A stretch of DNA of 64,000 nucleotides from the NCBI GenBank assembly GCA_964243435.1, contig CAXTFM010000002.1, positions 10,021-74,020 of the forward strand. Direction: 5' to 3'. Shown here piece by piece: positions 38,851-48,507 of this stretch. The notes beneath the pieces are model-generated. The model saw only the letters and a list, made by a program, of their open reading frames with translations, was not told the DNA's origin and did not search any database. The first letter of the stretch is position 1, and each line of letters opens with the position of its first letter. The DNA is from an uncultured Beijerinckiaceae bacterium. GTDB taxonomy: Bacteria > Pseudomonadota > Alphaproteobacteria > Rhizobiales > Beijerinckiaceae. The translations under genes and the position numbers were made by a program.

Positions 38851-40140
38851 TCACTCGGCGGGCGCCGTCCTGGTGAGTTGCGGCGACGGCGTCCCCCGCG
38901 TGACGAAGATCGCCATCGCGACCACCCCTGCGGCGGCGATGGCCGCCGCAATCACGAAGGCGCTGGAATAGCCGCCGAGGTATTGCACGGCCAGCCCCGT
39001 CGCCGTCGGCCCGACGATGCCCGATAGGTTGCTGAGCAGATGGATGAAGCCGCTGACCCCGCCGACGCGGTTTTCCGGCACCAGCTCGTGGATCGTCGCC
39101 CAGCAGGACTGCACGGAGCTCGTCAGCATCATCACGGCGAGCGCGATCAGCGCCACCGCCGCGACCGCGCCCGGGGCGAAGGGCACGGCGAGCAGCGCCA
39201 GGCCGCCCACGGCGAGCGGCGCGATCGTCGTCAGCTTGCGCGCGGCGAAACGGTCGGCCATGCGCCGGTACAGGTAATCGGCGATGAAGCCGCCGCCGAC
39301 ATAGCCGACGAAGCCGCAGGCCCAGGGGATGGCTGCGACGACCGACATCTGCTTGACCGGCATGTGCAGCGCGTCGGTGAGGTAGCTCGGCAGCCACGAG
39401 ATGAAGATGTACAGCGTATAGTTCACCGCGAACATGCCGAGGCCGAGCGCCAGCGTGCTCGGCAGCAGCAGGTAGGCGCGCAGCGGCCGGGCGCTGTCCG
39501 CCGCCGACAGCGGCGAGGTGGCGCGGCTCGCCTCGACCAATGCGATCTCGTCGGCGCCGACGCGGGGGTTGTCGCGCGGCAGATCGCTCACCAGCAGGCG
39601 CCACGCCACCACCCAGGCGAGCCCGGCCGCACCGATGATGAAGAAGGCGGTGCGCCAGCCCAGCGACAGGGCGAGCAGGCCGACAACCGGCGCGGCGAGC
39701 GCGCTGCCGACCGTCTGGCCGGAAAAGGTGACGCCGATGGTGCGTGCGGTCTCCTCGCGGGGAAACCAGGTCGTGATGGTGCGGTTTGTGGTCGAATTCA
39801 TCGGCCCTTCCGCGAAGCCGAACAGGGCGCGCACCGCGAAAAGCTGCCCGAAGCCCGTCACCACGCCCGTCAGCGCGCACAAGACCGACCAAGCCGCCGC
39901 CGCCCAGCTGTAGACCGCGCGCGGGCCGTAGCGGTCGGCCAGCGTGCCGCCGACGAAGGCGAACAGCGCGTAGCCGAAGAAGAAGGTGGAGAAGATCACG
40001 CCGAGCTGCGACGGCGACAGGCCGAGATCGGCGCGGACGAAGGGCGCGGCGACGCCGAGCGCGGCGCGGTCCATGTAGTTGATGACGCCGGCCACGAAGA
40101 GCAGCAGTGCGACGACGTATCGGTACCTTCCCGCGAACAT
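38851..40140 (-). CDS. MFS transporter, ACS family (sugar-acid, ExuT/DgoT-like)
   Basis: INYMDRAAL, FS.FFFGYA, LADRYGPR, RALFGFAEGP, WFP.EE, WLPSYL. Confidence 0.9.
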   Translation of the reverse strand: MFAGRYRYVVALLLFVAGVINYMDRAALGVAAPFVRADLGLSPSQLGVIFSTFFFGYALFAFVGGTLADRYGPRAVYSWAAAAWSVLCALTGVVTGFGQLFAVRALFGFAEGPMNSTTNRTITTWFPREETARTIGVTFSGQTVGSALAAPVVGLLALSLGWRTAFFIIGAAGLAWVVAWRLLVSDLPRDNPRVGADEIALVEASRATSPLSAADSARPLRAYLLLPSTLALGLGMFAVNYTLYIFISWLPSYLTDALHMPVKQMSVVAAIPWACGFVGYVGGGFIADYLYRRMADRFAARKLTTIAPLAVGGLALLAVPFAPGAVAAVALIALAVMMLTSSVQSCWATIHELVPENRVGGVSGFIHLLSNLSGIVGPTATGLAVQYLGGYSSAFVIAAAIAAAGVVAMAIFVTRGTPSPQLTRTAPAE

Positions 40141-40212
40141 GATGTTTCCTCGACCGCGTTGTTTCTCGTTGGTGCCGGGATGCCCGGCCGTTGCGTCACA
40201 TAAAGGCGCGTC

Positions 40213-41262
40213 TCAAAGGAAGGCGATGGAGCAGGGGCTGCGGCTCTCCCGCGCGCCGGCGGGAGCGAGGTCGCCGTCCGAACCGACCGCGAAGGCGTTG
40301 ATCGTGTCGCCGTTCTCGTTGGCGACGAGGAGGTGCGTGCCCGTCGGGTTCAGCGTCATGAAGCGCGGCCCGCGCCCGCCCGAGGGCGTCCACCCCAGCA
40401 CGCGCAGCCGGCCGTCGGCGGCGTCTACGGCGAGCCGGACGATGCCGTCCTGTCCGCGGTTCGACGCGAACACGTGACGGCCGTCGGGGGTGATGACGAT
40501 CGCCGCCGCCGCGCTGGCACCGAAGAAGTCCGCCGGCAGGGTGGAGACGAGGTGGAGCGGGGTCAGCGTGCCCGCGGCGGCGTCCCAGCGCAGCGTCGCC
40601 ACGGTGGAGTCGAGTTCGTTGAGGAGCACGACCAGCGCTGCGCGCGGGTGGAAGGCGAGGTGGCGAGGCCCGGCGCCGGGACGCATCGCGACGTCGCCGG
40701 CGAGGGCGAGCCGCCCGGCGTCGAAGGCGAGCACGAAGACGCGGTCGAGCCCCTTGTCCGGCACCAGCACGAAGCGCCCGCTCGGGTCGAACACGATCTG
40801 GTGCGGGTGCGAACAGGTTTGCTCGCCCCTGTGCGGCCCGCTCGGCCCCGGCAGCGCCACGCGGTCGCTGAACGGCGCCAGCGCGCCATCGGTGCCGACC
40901 GGCAGCGCGGTGACCGTACCGGTCGCATAGTTGGCGACGATGAGCATGCGACCCGTCGGGTCGAGCGCGAGGTGGACGACGTTGCTGCCGCCCGCAGCGG
41001 CGGTGCCGAGCGGCGTGAGCTGCCCATCGGCATCGACGGCGAAGGCGCTGGCGTAGTCCTCGTCGCCATGGACCGCGTAGAGCACGCGTCGTGCTTGGTC
41101 GGCGAGGAGGTAGGACGGGTTGACGAGGTTTGATGCCCGCGCGACCGGTACCCAGCCCTCCGGCCCCGGCGTGCCGACGCGATAGCCGTCGATACCAAGT
41201 CCGCGCGCGCCGCGCTTCGGCGTGGTGAAGCAGCCGACGAAGGCGAACGCCGCGTCGCTCAT
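40213..41262 (-). CDS. Lactonase (6-phosphogluconolactonase/cycloisomerase beta-propeller)
   Basis: NPSYL, VANYATG, SHPHQI, VPDKGLD, GAGPRHL.FHP, NELDS, SNRG, PRFM. Confidence 0.9.
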   Translation of the reverse strand: MSDAAFAFVGCFTTPKRGARGLGIDGYRVGTPGPEGWVPVARASNLVNPSYLLADQARRVLYAVHGDEDYASAFAVDADGQLTPLGTAAAGGSNVVHLALDPTGRMLIVANYATGTVTALPVGTDGALAPFSDRVALPGPSGPHRGEQTCSHPHQIVFDPSGRFVLVPDKGLDRVFVLAFDAGRLALAGDVAMRPGAGPRHLAFHPRAALVVLLNELDSTVATLRWDAAAGTLTPLHLVSTLPADFFGASAAAAIVITPDGRHVFASNRGQDGIVRLAVDAADGRLRVLGWTPSGGRGPRFMTLNPTGTHLLVANENGDTINAFAVGSDGDLAPAGARESRSPCSIAFL

Positions 41263-42593
41263 GGATGAGACGCGATCGGGCGAGACGCGACGCGGCGCAC
41301 GGACCCGGGGTTGAGCTCGCCCAGGCGGTTGACGCCGGCGAGCGCCATGTCGCGGTCGATCTCCTCCTTGAGCAGGCGGATTGCCAGCGACACCGCCGGC
41401 ACGCCGCCGATCGCGGCGGCGAAGATGAAGGGCCTCCCCAGCATCACGAAGTCGGCGCCAAGCGCGAGCGCCTTCAACACATCCGTGCCGCGGCGGATGC
41501 CGCTGTCGACGATCACTTTCAGGTCGCCCTTCTCGGCGGCGATCTCCGGCAGCACGTCGAGCGGCGCCACGGCGTAGTCGAGCTGGCGCCCGCCGTGTGT
41601 CGAAAGGATCACGCCGTCGGCGCCGCACTCGCGGGCGGTGGCGACGTCTGCCGGGTTGAGCAGGCCCTTGACGACGAGGTTGCCCTGCCAGCGCTTGCGG
41701 ATCGCCCGGAGGTTCGCCCACGACAGCTGGTCGCGCGCCGTGGTGTTGCGCAGCGAGTTCTGCGACATCATCGGTGGGCCGCGATGGGCCTCCATGTTCT
41801 CGAAGTGCGGCGCCCCGTGCTTGAGAAAGGTGCGGGCCACCACGCCGAGGAGCCAGCGCGGGTGAGTCGCGCTCTGCCACGCCACCTTGGGCGTGATGCG
41901 GATGGGCATGGAGAACCCGCTGCGAGTGTTGTGCTCGCGGTTGCCGAGCATGGGCGTGTCCGCGGTGACGACGAAGGTGCGGTAGCCGGCGGCGGCGACG
42001 CGGTCGACAAGCGGGTCGATGCGGTTCTGGTCGCCGGGCAGGTAGGCCTGGTACCAGGCGTCGGGGTTCTGCGCGTGGACGTCCTCCAGTTTGATGAGCG
42101 AGGAGGCGCTGAGGCACATGGGGATCTCGGCCTGGCGCGCGGCCTCGGCCAGCACGAGGTCGCCGCGGTAGGCGATGAAGGCCGAACCGCCGAGCGGGCC
42201 GATGCCGAAGGGCGCGGCAAAGGTCTGGCCGAACAGCTCCGTGCGCGCCGTGCGCGCCGAGGTGTCCACCATGGCGTTGGGCAGGAAAGCGTAGTTGGCG
42301 TAGGCCTCGCGGCTTTGCCGCAGCGCGGCGCCGGTTTCCACGCTGCCGGCGACGTACTGGTAGATCATGTGCGGCAGCAGGCGCTTGGCATGGCGCTCGA
42401 AGTCGTCGAGGGCGAGGAGGTCGCGGAAGTGGTAGGGCGTGACCGCCGCGCTGCGCTTGACGCTGGCCGCCACCGCCTGCGGCGCGGCGATGCCGGCGGC
42501 GCCGCGGTCGGCATCCTCGACCGTCGCCGCGCGCGCCTCGTCCTCGGCTCGCCCGTCGCCGTCCCGGGCCGTCCGTCGGTCGAGCGTTTCCAT
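41259..42593 (-). CDS. FMN-dependent alpha-hydroxy-acid dehydrogenase/oxidase (LldD/glycolate oxidase family)
   Basis: PFGIGP.G, WYQAY, VTAD, LVVKG, STHGGRQLD, DSGIRRGTDVLKALALGA. Confidence 0.92.
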   Translation of the reverse strand: METLDRRTARDGDGRAEDEARAATVEDADRGAAGIAAPQAVAASVKRSAAVTPYHFRDLLALDDFERHAKRLLPHMIYQYVAGSVETGAALRQSREAYANYAFLPNAMVDTSARTARTELFGQTFAAPFGIGPLGGSAFIAYRGDLVLAEAARQAEIPMCLSASSLIKLEDVHAQNPDAWYQAYLPGDQNRIDPLVDRVAAAGYRTFVVTADTPMLGNREHNTRSGFSMPIRITPKVAWQSATHPRWLLGVVARTFLKHGAPHFENMEAHRGPPMMSQNSLRNTTARDQLSWANLRAIRKRWQGNLVVKGLLNPADVATARECGADGVILSTHGGRQLDYAVAPLDVLPEIAAEKGDLKVIVDSGIRRGTDVLKALALGADFVMLGRPFIFAAAIGGVPAVSLAIRLLKEEIDRDMALAGVNRLGELNPGSVRRVASRPIASHP

Positions 42594-42711
42594 GCAAACC
42601 TCCCTCGGACGCGCCCTCTATGCGCCGCAACGCGCGCTGACGCCAGTCGTTCGCGCCCCTGCCGTCCGGCACGCCTTGCCGCACCGCGCCCGCTTGTCCA
42701 TGTGCGGTGGC

Positions 42712-43410
42712 ATGAGCGCACCCCGCATCGTCCTCCTCCACGCCACGCCCGTCGCCATGCCGCCGGTCGCGGCGGCCTTCGCCGCGCTGTGGCGTGAGGC
42801 GGAGGTGGTCAACCTGCTCGACGACGGCCTGACCATCGACCGGGCGCGCGAGGATGCGATCTCGGAGGGGTTGATCGACCGCTTCGTCGCCCTCGGCCGC
42901 TATGCCCGGCTGATCGGGGCGGACGGCATCCTCGTGACCTGCTCGGCCTTCGGGCCGGCCATCGACCGCCTCGCCGACGCCGTGCCGGTGCCGGTGCTGA
43001 AGCCCAACGAGGCGATGTTCAAGGCGGCGCTCGCCCAAGGCTCGTCGACCGGCTGCGACCGCATCGGCATGCTGGCGACCTTCGCGCCCTCCGTGTCCAC
43101 CATGACGGAGGAGTTCGACGCCTTCGTCGCCGCCGATGGCACCAGGACGGACGGGAGCCGGGCGACGCTGACCACGATCGTGGTGGACGACGCCATCGAC
43201 CTGCTGCGCCGCGGCGACGTCGACAGCCACAACCGCCTCGTCGCCGCGCGGGCGCCCGAGTTCGCCGGCTATGACGCGATCATGCTGGCGCATTTCTCGA
43301 CCTCGCGCGCCGCCGCCGCCGTGCGCGCGGCGGTGGACGTGCCGGTGCTGACCGCGCCGGAGGCGGCGGTGACGGCGATGCGCGGCCTCGTCGGGGCCGG
43401 GCGGGCATGA
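42712..43410 (+). CDS. Asp/Glu/hydantoin racemase-fold protein
   Basis: NLLDDGL, ILVTCSAFG, VLKPNEAM, IGMLATF, LAHFS, VPVLTAP. Confidence 0.78.
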   Translation: MSAPRIVLLHATPVAMPPVAAAFAALWREAEVVNLLDDGLTIDRAREDAISEGLIDRFVALGRYARLIGADGILVTCSAFGPAIDRLADAVPVPVLKPNEAMFKAALAQGSSTGCDRIGMLATFAPSVSTMTEEFDAFVAADGTRTDGSRATLTTIVVDDAIDLLRRGDVDSHNRLVAARAPEFAGYDAIMLAHFSTSRAAAAVRAAVDVPVLTAPEAAVTAMRGLVGAGRA

Positions 43411-44039
43411 GCGCCGAAGCGCGACTTCGCGAGGACATGGCGCGGCTCGCCAAGTCGCTGTTCGACCGCGGCTTCTCCGTCGGCTCCGCCGGCAACATCA
43501 GCGCCCGCGTCGTTGACGGCCTCCTGATGACGCCGACTAACGCTTGCCTCGGCTTCCTCGACCCCGCCCGCATCAGCAAGCTCGACGGCGGCGGCCACCA
43601 CATGTCCGGCGACAAGCCGTCCAAGGAGGTGTCGCTGCACCGCGCGCTCTACGAAACTCGTCCCGACACCGGCGCGGTGGTCCACCTCCATTCCACCTAC
43701 GCCACGGCGCTGTCGTGCCTCGCCGACACCGACCCGGAAAACTGCGTCCCTCCGCTCACACCCTACGTAGTGATGCGCGTCGGGCGCGTCGCGCTGGTGC
43801 CGTACTTCCGTCCGGGGGACGCGAAGGGCGGCGACCTCGTCCGCGCGCTCGGCGGGCGCCATGCCGCGGTGCTGCTCGCAAATCACGGCAGCCTCGTCGC
43901 AGGCCGCGAGCTTGCCGCCACCGTGTACGCGGCGGAGGAACTGGAGGAAACCGCCAAGCTCCTCGTCACCCTGCGCGGCGCGAAGCTGCGCATGCTCGGC
44001 GAGGGCGACGTCGCCGAACTGCGCGCCGCCTTCGGCTGA
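43407..44039 (+). CDS. otnC: 3-oxo-tetronate 4-phosphate decarboxylase-like class II aldolase
   Basis: KSLFDRG..GSAGNIS, TPTNACLGFLDPARISK, SGDKPSKE..LH, VHLHST, PPLTPY.VMRVG, ANHG, EELEETAKL. Confidence 0.82.
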   Translation: MSAEARLREDMARLAKSLFDRGFSVGSAGNISARVVDGLLMTPTNACLGFLDPARISKLDGGGHHMSGDKPSKEVSLHRALYETRPDTGAVVHLHSTYATALSCLADTDPENCVPPLTPYVVMRVGRVALVPYFRPGDAKGGDLVRALGGRHAAVLLANHGSLVAGRELAATVYAAEELEETAKLLVTLRGAKLRMLGEGDVAELRAAFG

Positions 44040-44058
44040 CCATCCGCCACCGGAACCC

Positions 44059-44856
44059 ATGCCCATGCACCTTGGCGCCTTCGCCGACCGCCTCAGCGCC
44101 CATATCGGCTTCCTGTTCACGGAGCTGCCGCTGCCCGAGCGCCCGGCGGCGGCGGCGCGCGCCGGCTTCCGCGCGCTGGAGCATCCCAACCTCTTCGCCC
44201 ACCCCGCGCGGGTGGTCTCCGGCTGGTTCCGCGACGCCGGCCTTCCCCTCGTGCAGACCGGTTTCCCCGCCGGCGACGCGGCGCGCGGCGAGAAGGGCTT
44301 CGCCGCCCTGCCGGAGCGCTGCGCGGAATTCCGCGCCGGCGTCGAGCCGACGCTGGACTACGTCGCCGAACTCGGTTGCCGCATGGTCCATGCGATGGCC
44401 GGGGTGAAGCCCGCCGGCGTGGAATGGGCGCGGCTATGGGACACCTACCTCGACAGCATCGCCTACGCCGCCGATGCCGCGGCCAAGCGCGGCATGACGA
44501 TCATCATCGAGCCGATCGGGCCGGGCTCCATCGCGAACTACGTCATCGACCAGCCGGCGCTCGCCGTCGACGCCATCCGCGCGCTCGGCCGTCCCAACGT
44601 CGCGCTGCTGTTCGACGCCTATCATTGCGCCTGCCTCGGCCACGACCCTGCGGCTCTGATCCGCGCGCACGCCGCCCTGATCGCCCACGTGCAGATCGCC
44701 GACGACCCCGGCCGCCACGAGCCTGGCACGGGGACGATCGCCTTCGCGCCGATCTTCCAGGCGCTGGACGAGGTGGGCTATGCCGGCCCGGTTGGGTGCG
44801 AGTACCATCCGCTGGAGGGGACGGCGGCGGGGCTCGGCTGGATGCGCGCCGGTTGA
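44059..44856 (+). CDS. Hydroxypyruvate/2-oxo-tetronate isomerase family (Hyi/OtnI)
   Basis: FLFTELP..ER.AAA..AGF, GEKGFAA, HAMAG, IEPI, FDAYH, HVQIAD.PGRHEPGTG, GCEY.P. Confidence 0.88.
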   Translation: MPMHLGAFADRLSAHIGFLFTELPLPERPAAAARAGFRALEHPNLFAHPARVVSGWFRDAGLPLVQTGFPAGDAARGEKGFAALPERCAEFRAGVEPTLDYVAELGCRMVHAMAGVKPAGVEWARLWDTYLDSIAYAADAAAKRGMTIIIEPIGPGSIANYVIDQPALAVDAIRALGRPNVALLFDAYHCACLGHDPAALIRAHAALIAHVQIADDPGRHEPGTGTIAFAPIFQALDEVGYAGPVGCEYHPLEGTAAGLGWMRAG

Positions 44857-44873
44857 GCCCTGCGCGGACCCGC

Positions 44874-46685
44874 CTACGAGCGCCGCCCGAGCGGGTGATC
44901 GGGGTCGACGTCGAGGGAGTGCGCCGCATGGATCAAGGCGAGGTGGCTCAGGCCCTGCGGCAGGTTGCCGAGGAACGCGCCGGTGTCGACGTCCACCATC
45001 TCGGCGATGAGGCCGGCGCCGTCGGGGAGCGCCGCCAAGGCCTCGGTCATCAGCGCCTCCGCCTCGTCGCGCCGCCCCAGCGTCGCCAGGGCCTCCACCA
45101 TCCAGAAGGTACAGGCGACGAAGGCGCCTTCCTCGTCTTCCATGCCGGAATAGCGGTACAGCCATGGGCCGCGCCCAAGCTCGCGGCGGATGGCGTCGAG
45201 CGTCGCGGCGAGGCGGTCGCCGTTGTCGAAGCCGAAGCGCACGGCGAGCGCCAGCGAGGCGTCGAGGCGGTCCGATCCCGCATGCAGCGCGTAGGCACCC
45301 TTCGTTTCCGACCAGCAATGCGCCTCGACCCAGGCGAGGATGCGGTCGCGCTCGCGCGCCCAGCGCGGCGCGCTGGTCGAGGGTAGGTGCCCTCGCTCGC
45401 TCAGCTCCACGGCGCGGGCCAGCGCCTGCCACGCGCTGACCTTGGACATGGTGTAGTGCTGCGGCTCATCCAACTCCCACATCCCGGCGTCCTTCTGCCG
45501 CCAGCGGTCGGCACACTCGTCGGCGAGCCCGGCAAGGGTGGCGCCGCTGCGCGTGTCGAGCACGTTGCCTCCGGCGACGAACAGCGCGGCCGTTTCGAAG
45601 ATGTCCCCGTAGATGCCGTGCTGGTGCTGCGCCGCCGCCCGGTTGCCGGTGCGCACCGGGCTTGAACCGCGCCAGCCCGGCAGCTCGATCTCGCGCTCGC
45701 CCGGCACTTCGCCGCCATCGAGGCGGTAGCACACGCGCGGGCCGCGATCGCCGAGCCGGTGCATCAGCCAGGTGAAGGCGGCCTTGCTTTCGGGGAGGAC
45801 GCGGAGGCGGAGGAACGCGTTGATGGCGTAGCCGGCGTCGCGCACCCAGGCGTAGCGGTAGTCCCAGTTCTTCGCACCGCCGGCCTGTTCCGGCAGCGAC
45901 GTCGTCGCCGCTGCGGCGATGGCGCCGCTCGGCGAGTACAGCAGCAGCTTCAGCACCAGGGCGCTGCGGCGCACGGCGTCGCGGCGGGGGCCGGCGAAGT
46001 GCAGGCCCTCCGCCCAGGCCCGCCATGCGTCGTCGGCGATGTCGATGCGACGGTCGATCTCATCCATGCCGGGCACGCCGAGCGGTTCGTCGTCGCCGAC
46101 GATCAGCGCCACAACCGCCCGCTCGCCGGCGGCGAGCGTCGCCTCCGCGACGATGGCATGATCGTCATGGGCCACCACGGGAAGGTTGTCCGTTGCCCGG
46201 AACAGGCCGAGCACGGAGCCGACGTGGAACACCGTGCCGTTGGGATTGGGCTGAAGCCAGGGCGACGGCTTGTCGGCACCGAGGCCGAACTTGAGGCGGG
46301 CGCACACCCGCACCGTGCCCTCCAGCACCTCGATGCGGCGCGCCAGCTCGCACCACGGCAGGCGCCCGGCGAGCGTCGAATTCATCGACTCCGTCAGCCG
46401 CAGCGTGCCCGCCCCGGTGTTGAAGGTGGTTTCCAGCACGTTGCTGTCGCGACGATAGCGCCGCGCGACGCGGTACGGCTCGACGGGGGCGAGGGTGAAG
46501 CGCCCGCCGTTGGCCGGATCGAGCAGCGCGTCGAACAGCGGCACCGAGTCGATGTTGGGGACACACCACCATGCCACCGCCCCGTCCGGCCCGACGAGGG
46601 CGAGGGAGCGGCCGTCGCCCAGCGCCGCGTAGTCGTGCAGCGGGAAGGGACCGTGGGGTTGGTCGGGGTCTGCGTCGCGCATCAT
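44874..46685 (-). CDS. Glycoside hydrolase family 15 (trehalase/glucoamylase-like)
   Basis: DYAALGDGRS.ALV, AAATTSLPE..GG.KNWDYRYAWVRD, VRTGN.A..QHQ, DAGMWE, EGAF..CTFW, LGNLPQGLSH. Confidence 0.92.
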   Translation of the reverse strand: MMRDADPDQPHGPFPLHDYAALGDGRSLALVGPDGAVAWWCVPNIDSVPLFDALLDPANGGRFTLAPVEPYRVARRYRRDSNVLETTFNTGAGTLRLTESMNSTLAGRLPWCELARRIEVLEGTVRVCARLKFGLGADKPSPWLQPNPNGTVFHVGSVLGLFRATDNLPVVAHDDHAIVAEATLAAGERAVVALIVGDDEPLGVPGMDEIDRRIDIADDAWRAWAEGLHFAGPRRDAVRRSALVLKLLLYSPSGAIAAAATTSLPEQAGGAKNWDYRYAWVRDAGYAINAFLRLRVLPESKAAFTWLMHRLGDRGPRVCYRLDGGEVPGEREIELPGWRGSSPVRTGNRAAAQHQHGIYGDIFETAALFVAGGNVLDTRSGATLAGLADECADRWRQKDAGMWELDEPQHYTMSKVSAWQALARAVELSERGHLPSTSAPRWARERDRILAWVEAHCWSETKGAYALHAGSDRLDASLALAVRFGFDNGDRLAATLDAIRRELGRGPWLYRYSGMEDEEGAFVACTFWMVEALATLGRRDEAEALMTEALAALPDGAGLIAEMVDVDTGAFLGNLPQGLSHLALIHAAHSLDVDPDHPLGRRS

Positions 46686-46690
46686 GCGGC

Positions 46691-46715
46691 AACGTCGCCG
46701 CACCGAACAAGTGCC
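46691..46715 (-). promoter_or_regulatory. Candidate EcfG-type promoter (GGCAC-N16-CGTT), possibly leaderless transcript
   Basis: Minus strand GGCAC ttgttcggtgcggcga CGTT ending 5 nt before the GH15 ATG. Confidence 0.45.
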
Positions 46716-46808
46716 GCGGCCATGTACACGCGACGGCGGGCGCCCTGGCCTTCGCCGCGCCCCCGTGCCAGAGCCTTGCGGGCCATGCCTTCGCCGCGCG
46801 CCAACTCG

Positions 46809-47945
46809 ATGAGCCAGCCCCGCTTCGTCCTGCACCGCCTCGACAGCCTCGGCGCGCGCCTCGAACGCGACGTCGCGGCGGGGACCATCGCCGGTGCCGA
46901 CGTGGTCGTCGGCAGTCGCGACGCGGAGGTGTGGCGCGCCACCGTTGGGTATCGCGACGTCGCCCAGCGCGACGCGCTACGCGCCGACGCGGTGTGGCGC
47001 ATCTTCTCGATGACCAAGACGCTCGTGTCCGCCGCCGCCATGGTGCTGGTCGAGCGCGGCGACCTCGTGCTCGACCAACCCGTGGCGACGTTCATCCCGT
47101 CCTTCGCCGGGCTGCGCGTGGCGGCGGCGGACGGGCGGCACGTGCCGCCCGCCGTCGCGCCGACGATCCAGGACTTGCTGCGCCACACCGCCGGCCTCGG
47201 CTACGGCTACCTCGGCGACAGCGCGGCGGCCCGCGCCATCCGCGACGACGGGTTCCTGCGCGAGGACCTCGACAACGCCGCCTTCGCCGACCGCTTGGCC
47301 GCGCTGCCGCTGGAACACCAGCCCGGCACGGTGTGGCACTATTCCCATGCCACCGACGTGCTCGGCCGCGTGCTGGAGGTGGCGGGCGGCACCGACCTCG
47401 CCGGCGTCCTCGCCGCCACGCTGCTCGGCCCGCTCGGCATGACCGATACCTGCTTCCGCCTCCCCGCCACGGACGCGAACCGCGTCGCCGAGCCCGTGCC
47501 GCAGTCGCCGGGGCAGCGCCCGGTCTTCGGCGACCCGTGCATGCCCCGCCGCGGGCAGCGCGGCAATGGTGGCCTCGTCTCGACGGTGGCCGACTTCGCG
47601 CGCTTCCTTCGCGCCGTGATGGGCGACGAACTGCTCGCCCCCGCGACCGGGCGCCTGATGACGTCGGACCATCTCGGTCGCGACATCCGGCGCGGCGCGT
47701 ACTACCCGCCCGGTTCCGGCTACGGCTTCGGTCTCGGCGTCGCCGTGCGCGTCGCGCCGGGCGAGGCGCCGTTCCCCGGCTCGGTCGGCGATTGGTGGTG
47801 GAGCGGGGTCGGCGGCACCTACTTCTGGGTCGACCCCGTTGCCGGGTTCTTCGCGATCCTGATGATGCAAACCTCGTCGGCGCCGCAACGCCAGCATTAC
47901 CGCGCGCTGACTCGCGCCATGGTGTACGCGGCGCTGGAGGCCTGA
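46809..47945 (+). CDS. Serine hydrolase, beta-lactamase-like (family VIII esterase type)
   Basis: RIFSMTK (SxxK), DLLRHTAGLGY, QPGTVWHYS..TDVLG, YGFGLG, WSGVGGTYFWVDP. Confidence 0.9.
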   Translation: MSQPRFVLHRLDSLGARLERDVAAGTIAGADVVVGSRDAEVWRATVGYRDVAQRDALRADAVWRIFSMTKTLVSAAAMVLVERGDLVLDQPVATFIPSFAGLRVAAADGRHVPPAVAPTIQDLLRHTAGLGYGYLGDSAAARAIRDDGFLREDLDNAAFADRLAALPLEHQPGTVWHYSHATDVLGRVLEVAGGTDLAGVLAATLLGPLGMTDTCFRLPATDANRVAEPVPQSPGQRPVFGDPCMPRRGQRGNGGLVSTVADFARFLRAVMGDELLAPATGRLMTSDHLGRDIRRGAYYPPGSGYGFGLGVAVRVAPGEAPFPGSVGDWWWSGVGGTYFWVDPVAGFFAILMMQTSSAPQRQHYRALTRAMVYAALEA

Positions 47946-48087
47946 ACACCACGCATGGAGAAACCCCAGCGGGCGTCGCCGCTGCGGCTTGGCAGGTCAC
48001 CGCCGTCCGGTGTCGCTCGCCGACCAAGCCGGCGAGCACCCTGCATCGTGCAGCCCCCGGCCTTTCGGCGCAGGGATGGTTGCCGCG

Positions 48088-48507
48088 TTAGCGCAGCAGG
48101 CCGAGCGACAGGGCGGGGATGAGGGTGTCCGCAGTCGCCGTCGCGACGCCCGTCGTCCCAGCCAAAACCGTGCCCGGTACGGTCGCGGCGGCGCCGATGA
48201 CCCCGGTGGCCCCGGTCACAACCGCGCCGGGAATTGCCAGCAGCGAGCCCAGGATCGGGATGCCACCAACGGAGTCGGGGTAGGAATAAACCACCGGCGT
48301 GCCGTACTTGCGGTAGAAGTAATAACCGCAGCCCTTCTTGGTCGTGCACTTGTAGTACACGGGCACCACAGCGGCCGGCTGGCCGTTCAGCGTCGTGTAA
48401 ACGGTGGCAGTGGCCGGCGGCGCGGCAGCGGCACCTGTTGCCATTGGCACGGCGGACGCGGCCACCGCGAGCCCGACCAGCGAAGCAAGTTTCAGAATGT
48501 TCTTCAT
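48088..48507 (-). CDS. Putative secreted hypothetical protein
   Basis: Signal-like MKNILKLASLVGLAVAASA, Tyr-rich core with C-x5-C, Gly/Ala/Val/Thr-rich tail; GGGGAG RBS. Confidence 0.7.
   Translation of the reverse strand: MKNILKLASLVGLAVAASAVPMATGAAAAPPATATVYTTLNGQPAAVVPVYYKCTTKKGCGYYFYRKYGTPVVYSYPDSVGGIPILGSLLAIPGAVVTGATGVIGAAATVPGTVLAGTTGVATATADTLIPALSLGLLR

Noticed and set aside
40213-43293. Apparent 1026-aa fusion ending in a lactonase; likewise 14495..16765, 26807..28714, 27625..29874 and 45759..47945
   Set aside because: The N-terminal parts are off-frame or antisense read-through of neighbouring genes; the real genes start at internal codons.
42712-43410. Racemase-fold gene as the missing larA
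   Set aside because: It has the Cys-dependent Asp/Glu racemase fold, which is unrelated to LarA.
46809-47945. Beta-lactam resistance gene
   Set aside because: SxxK with LLxHxxG and WxG motifs fits family VIII esterase-type serine hydrolases; there is no KTG triad, so resistance is unsupported.
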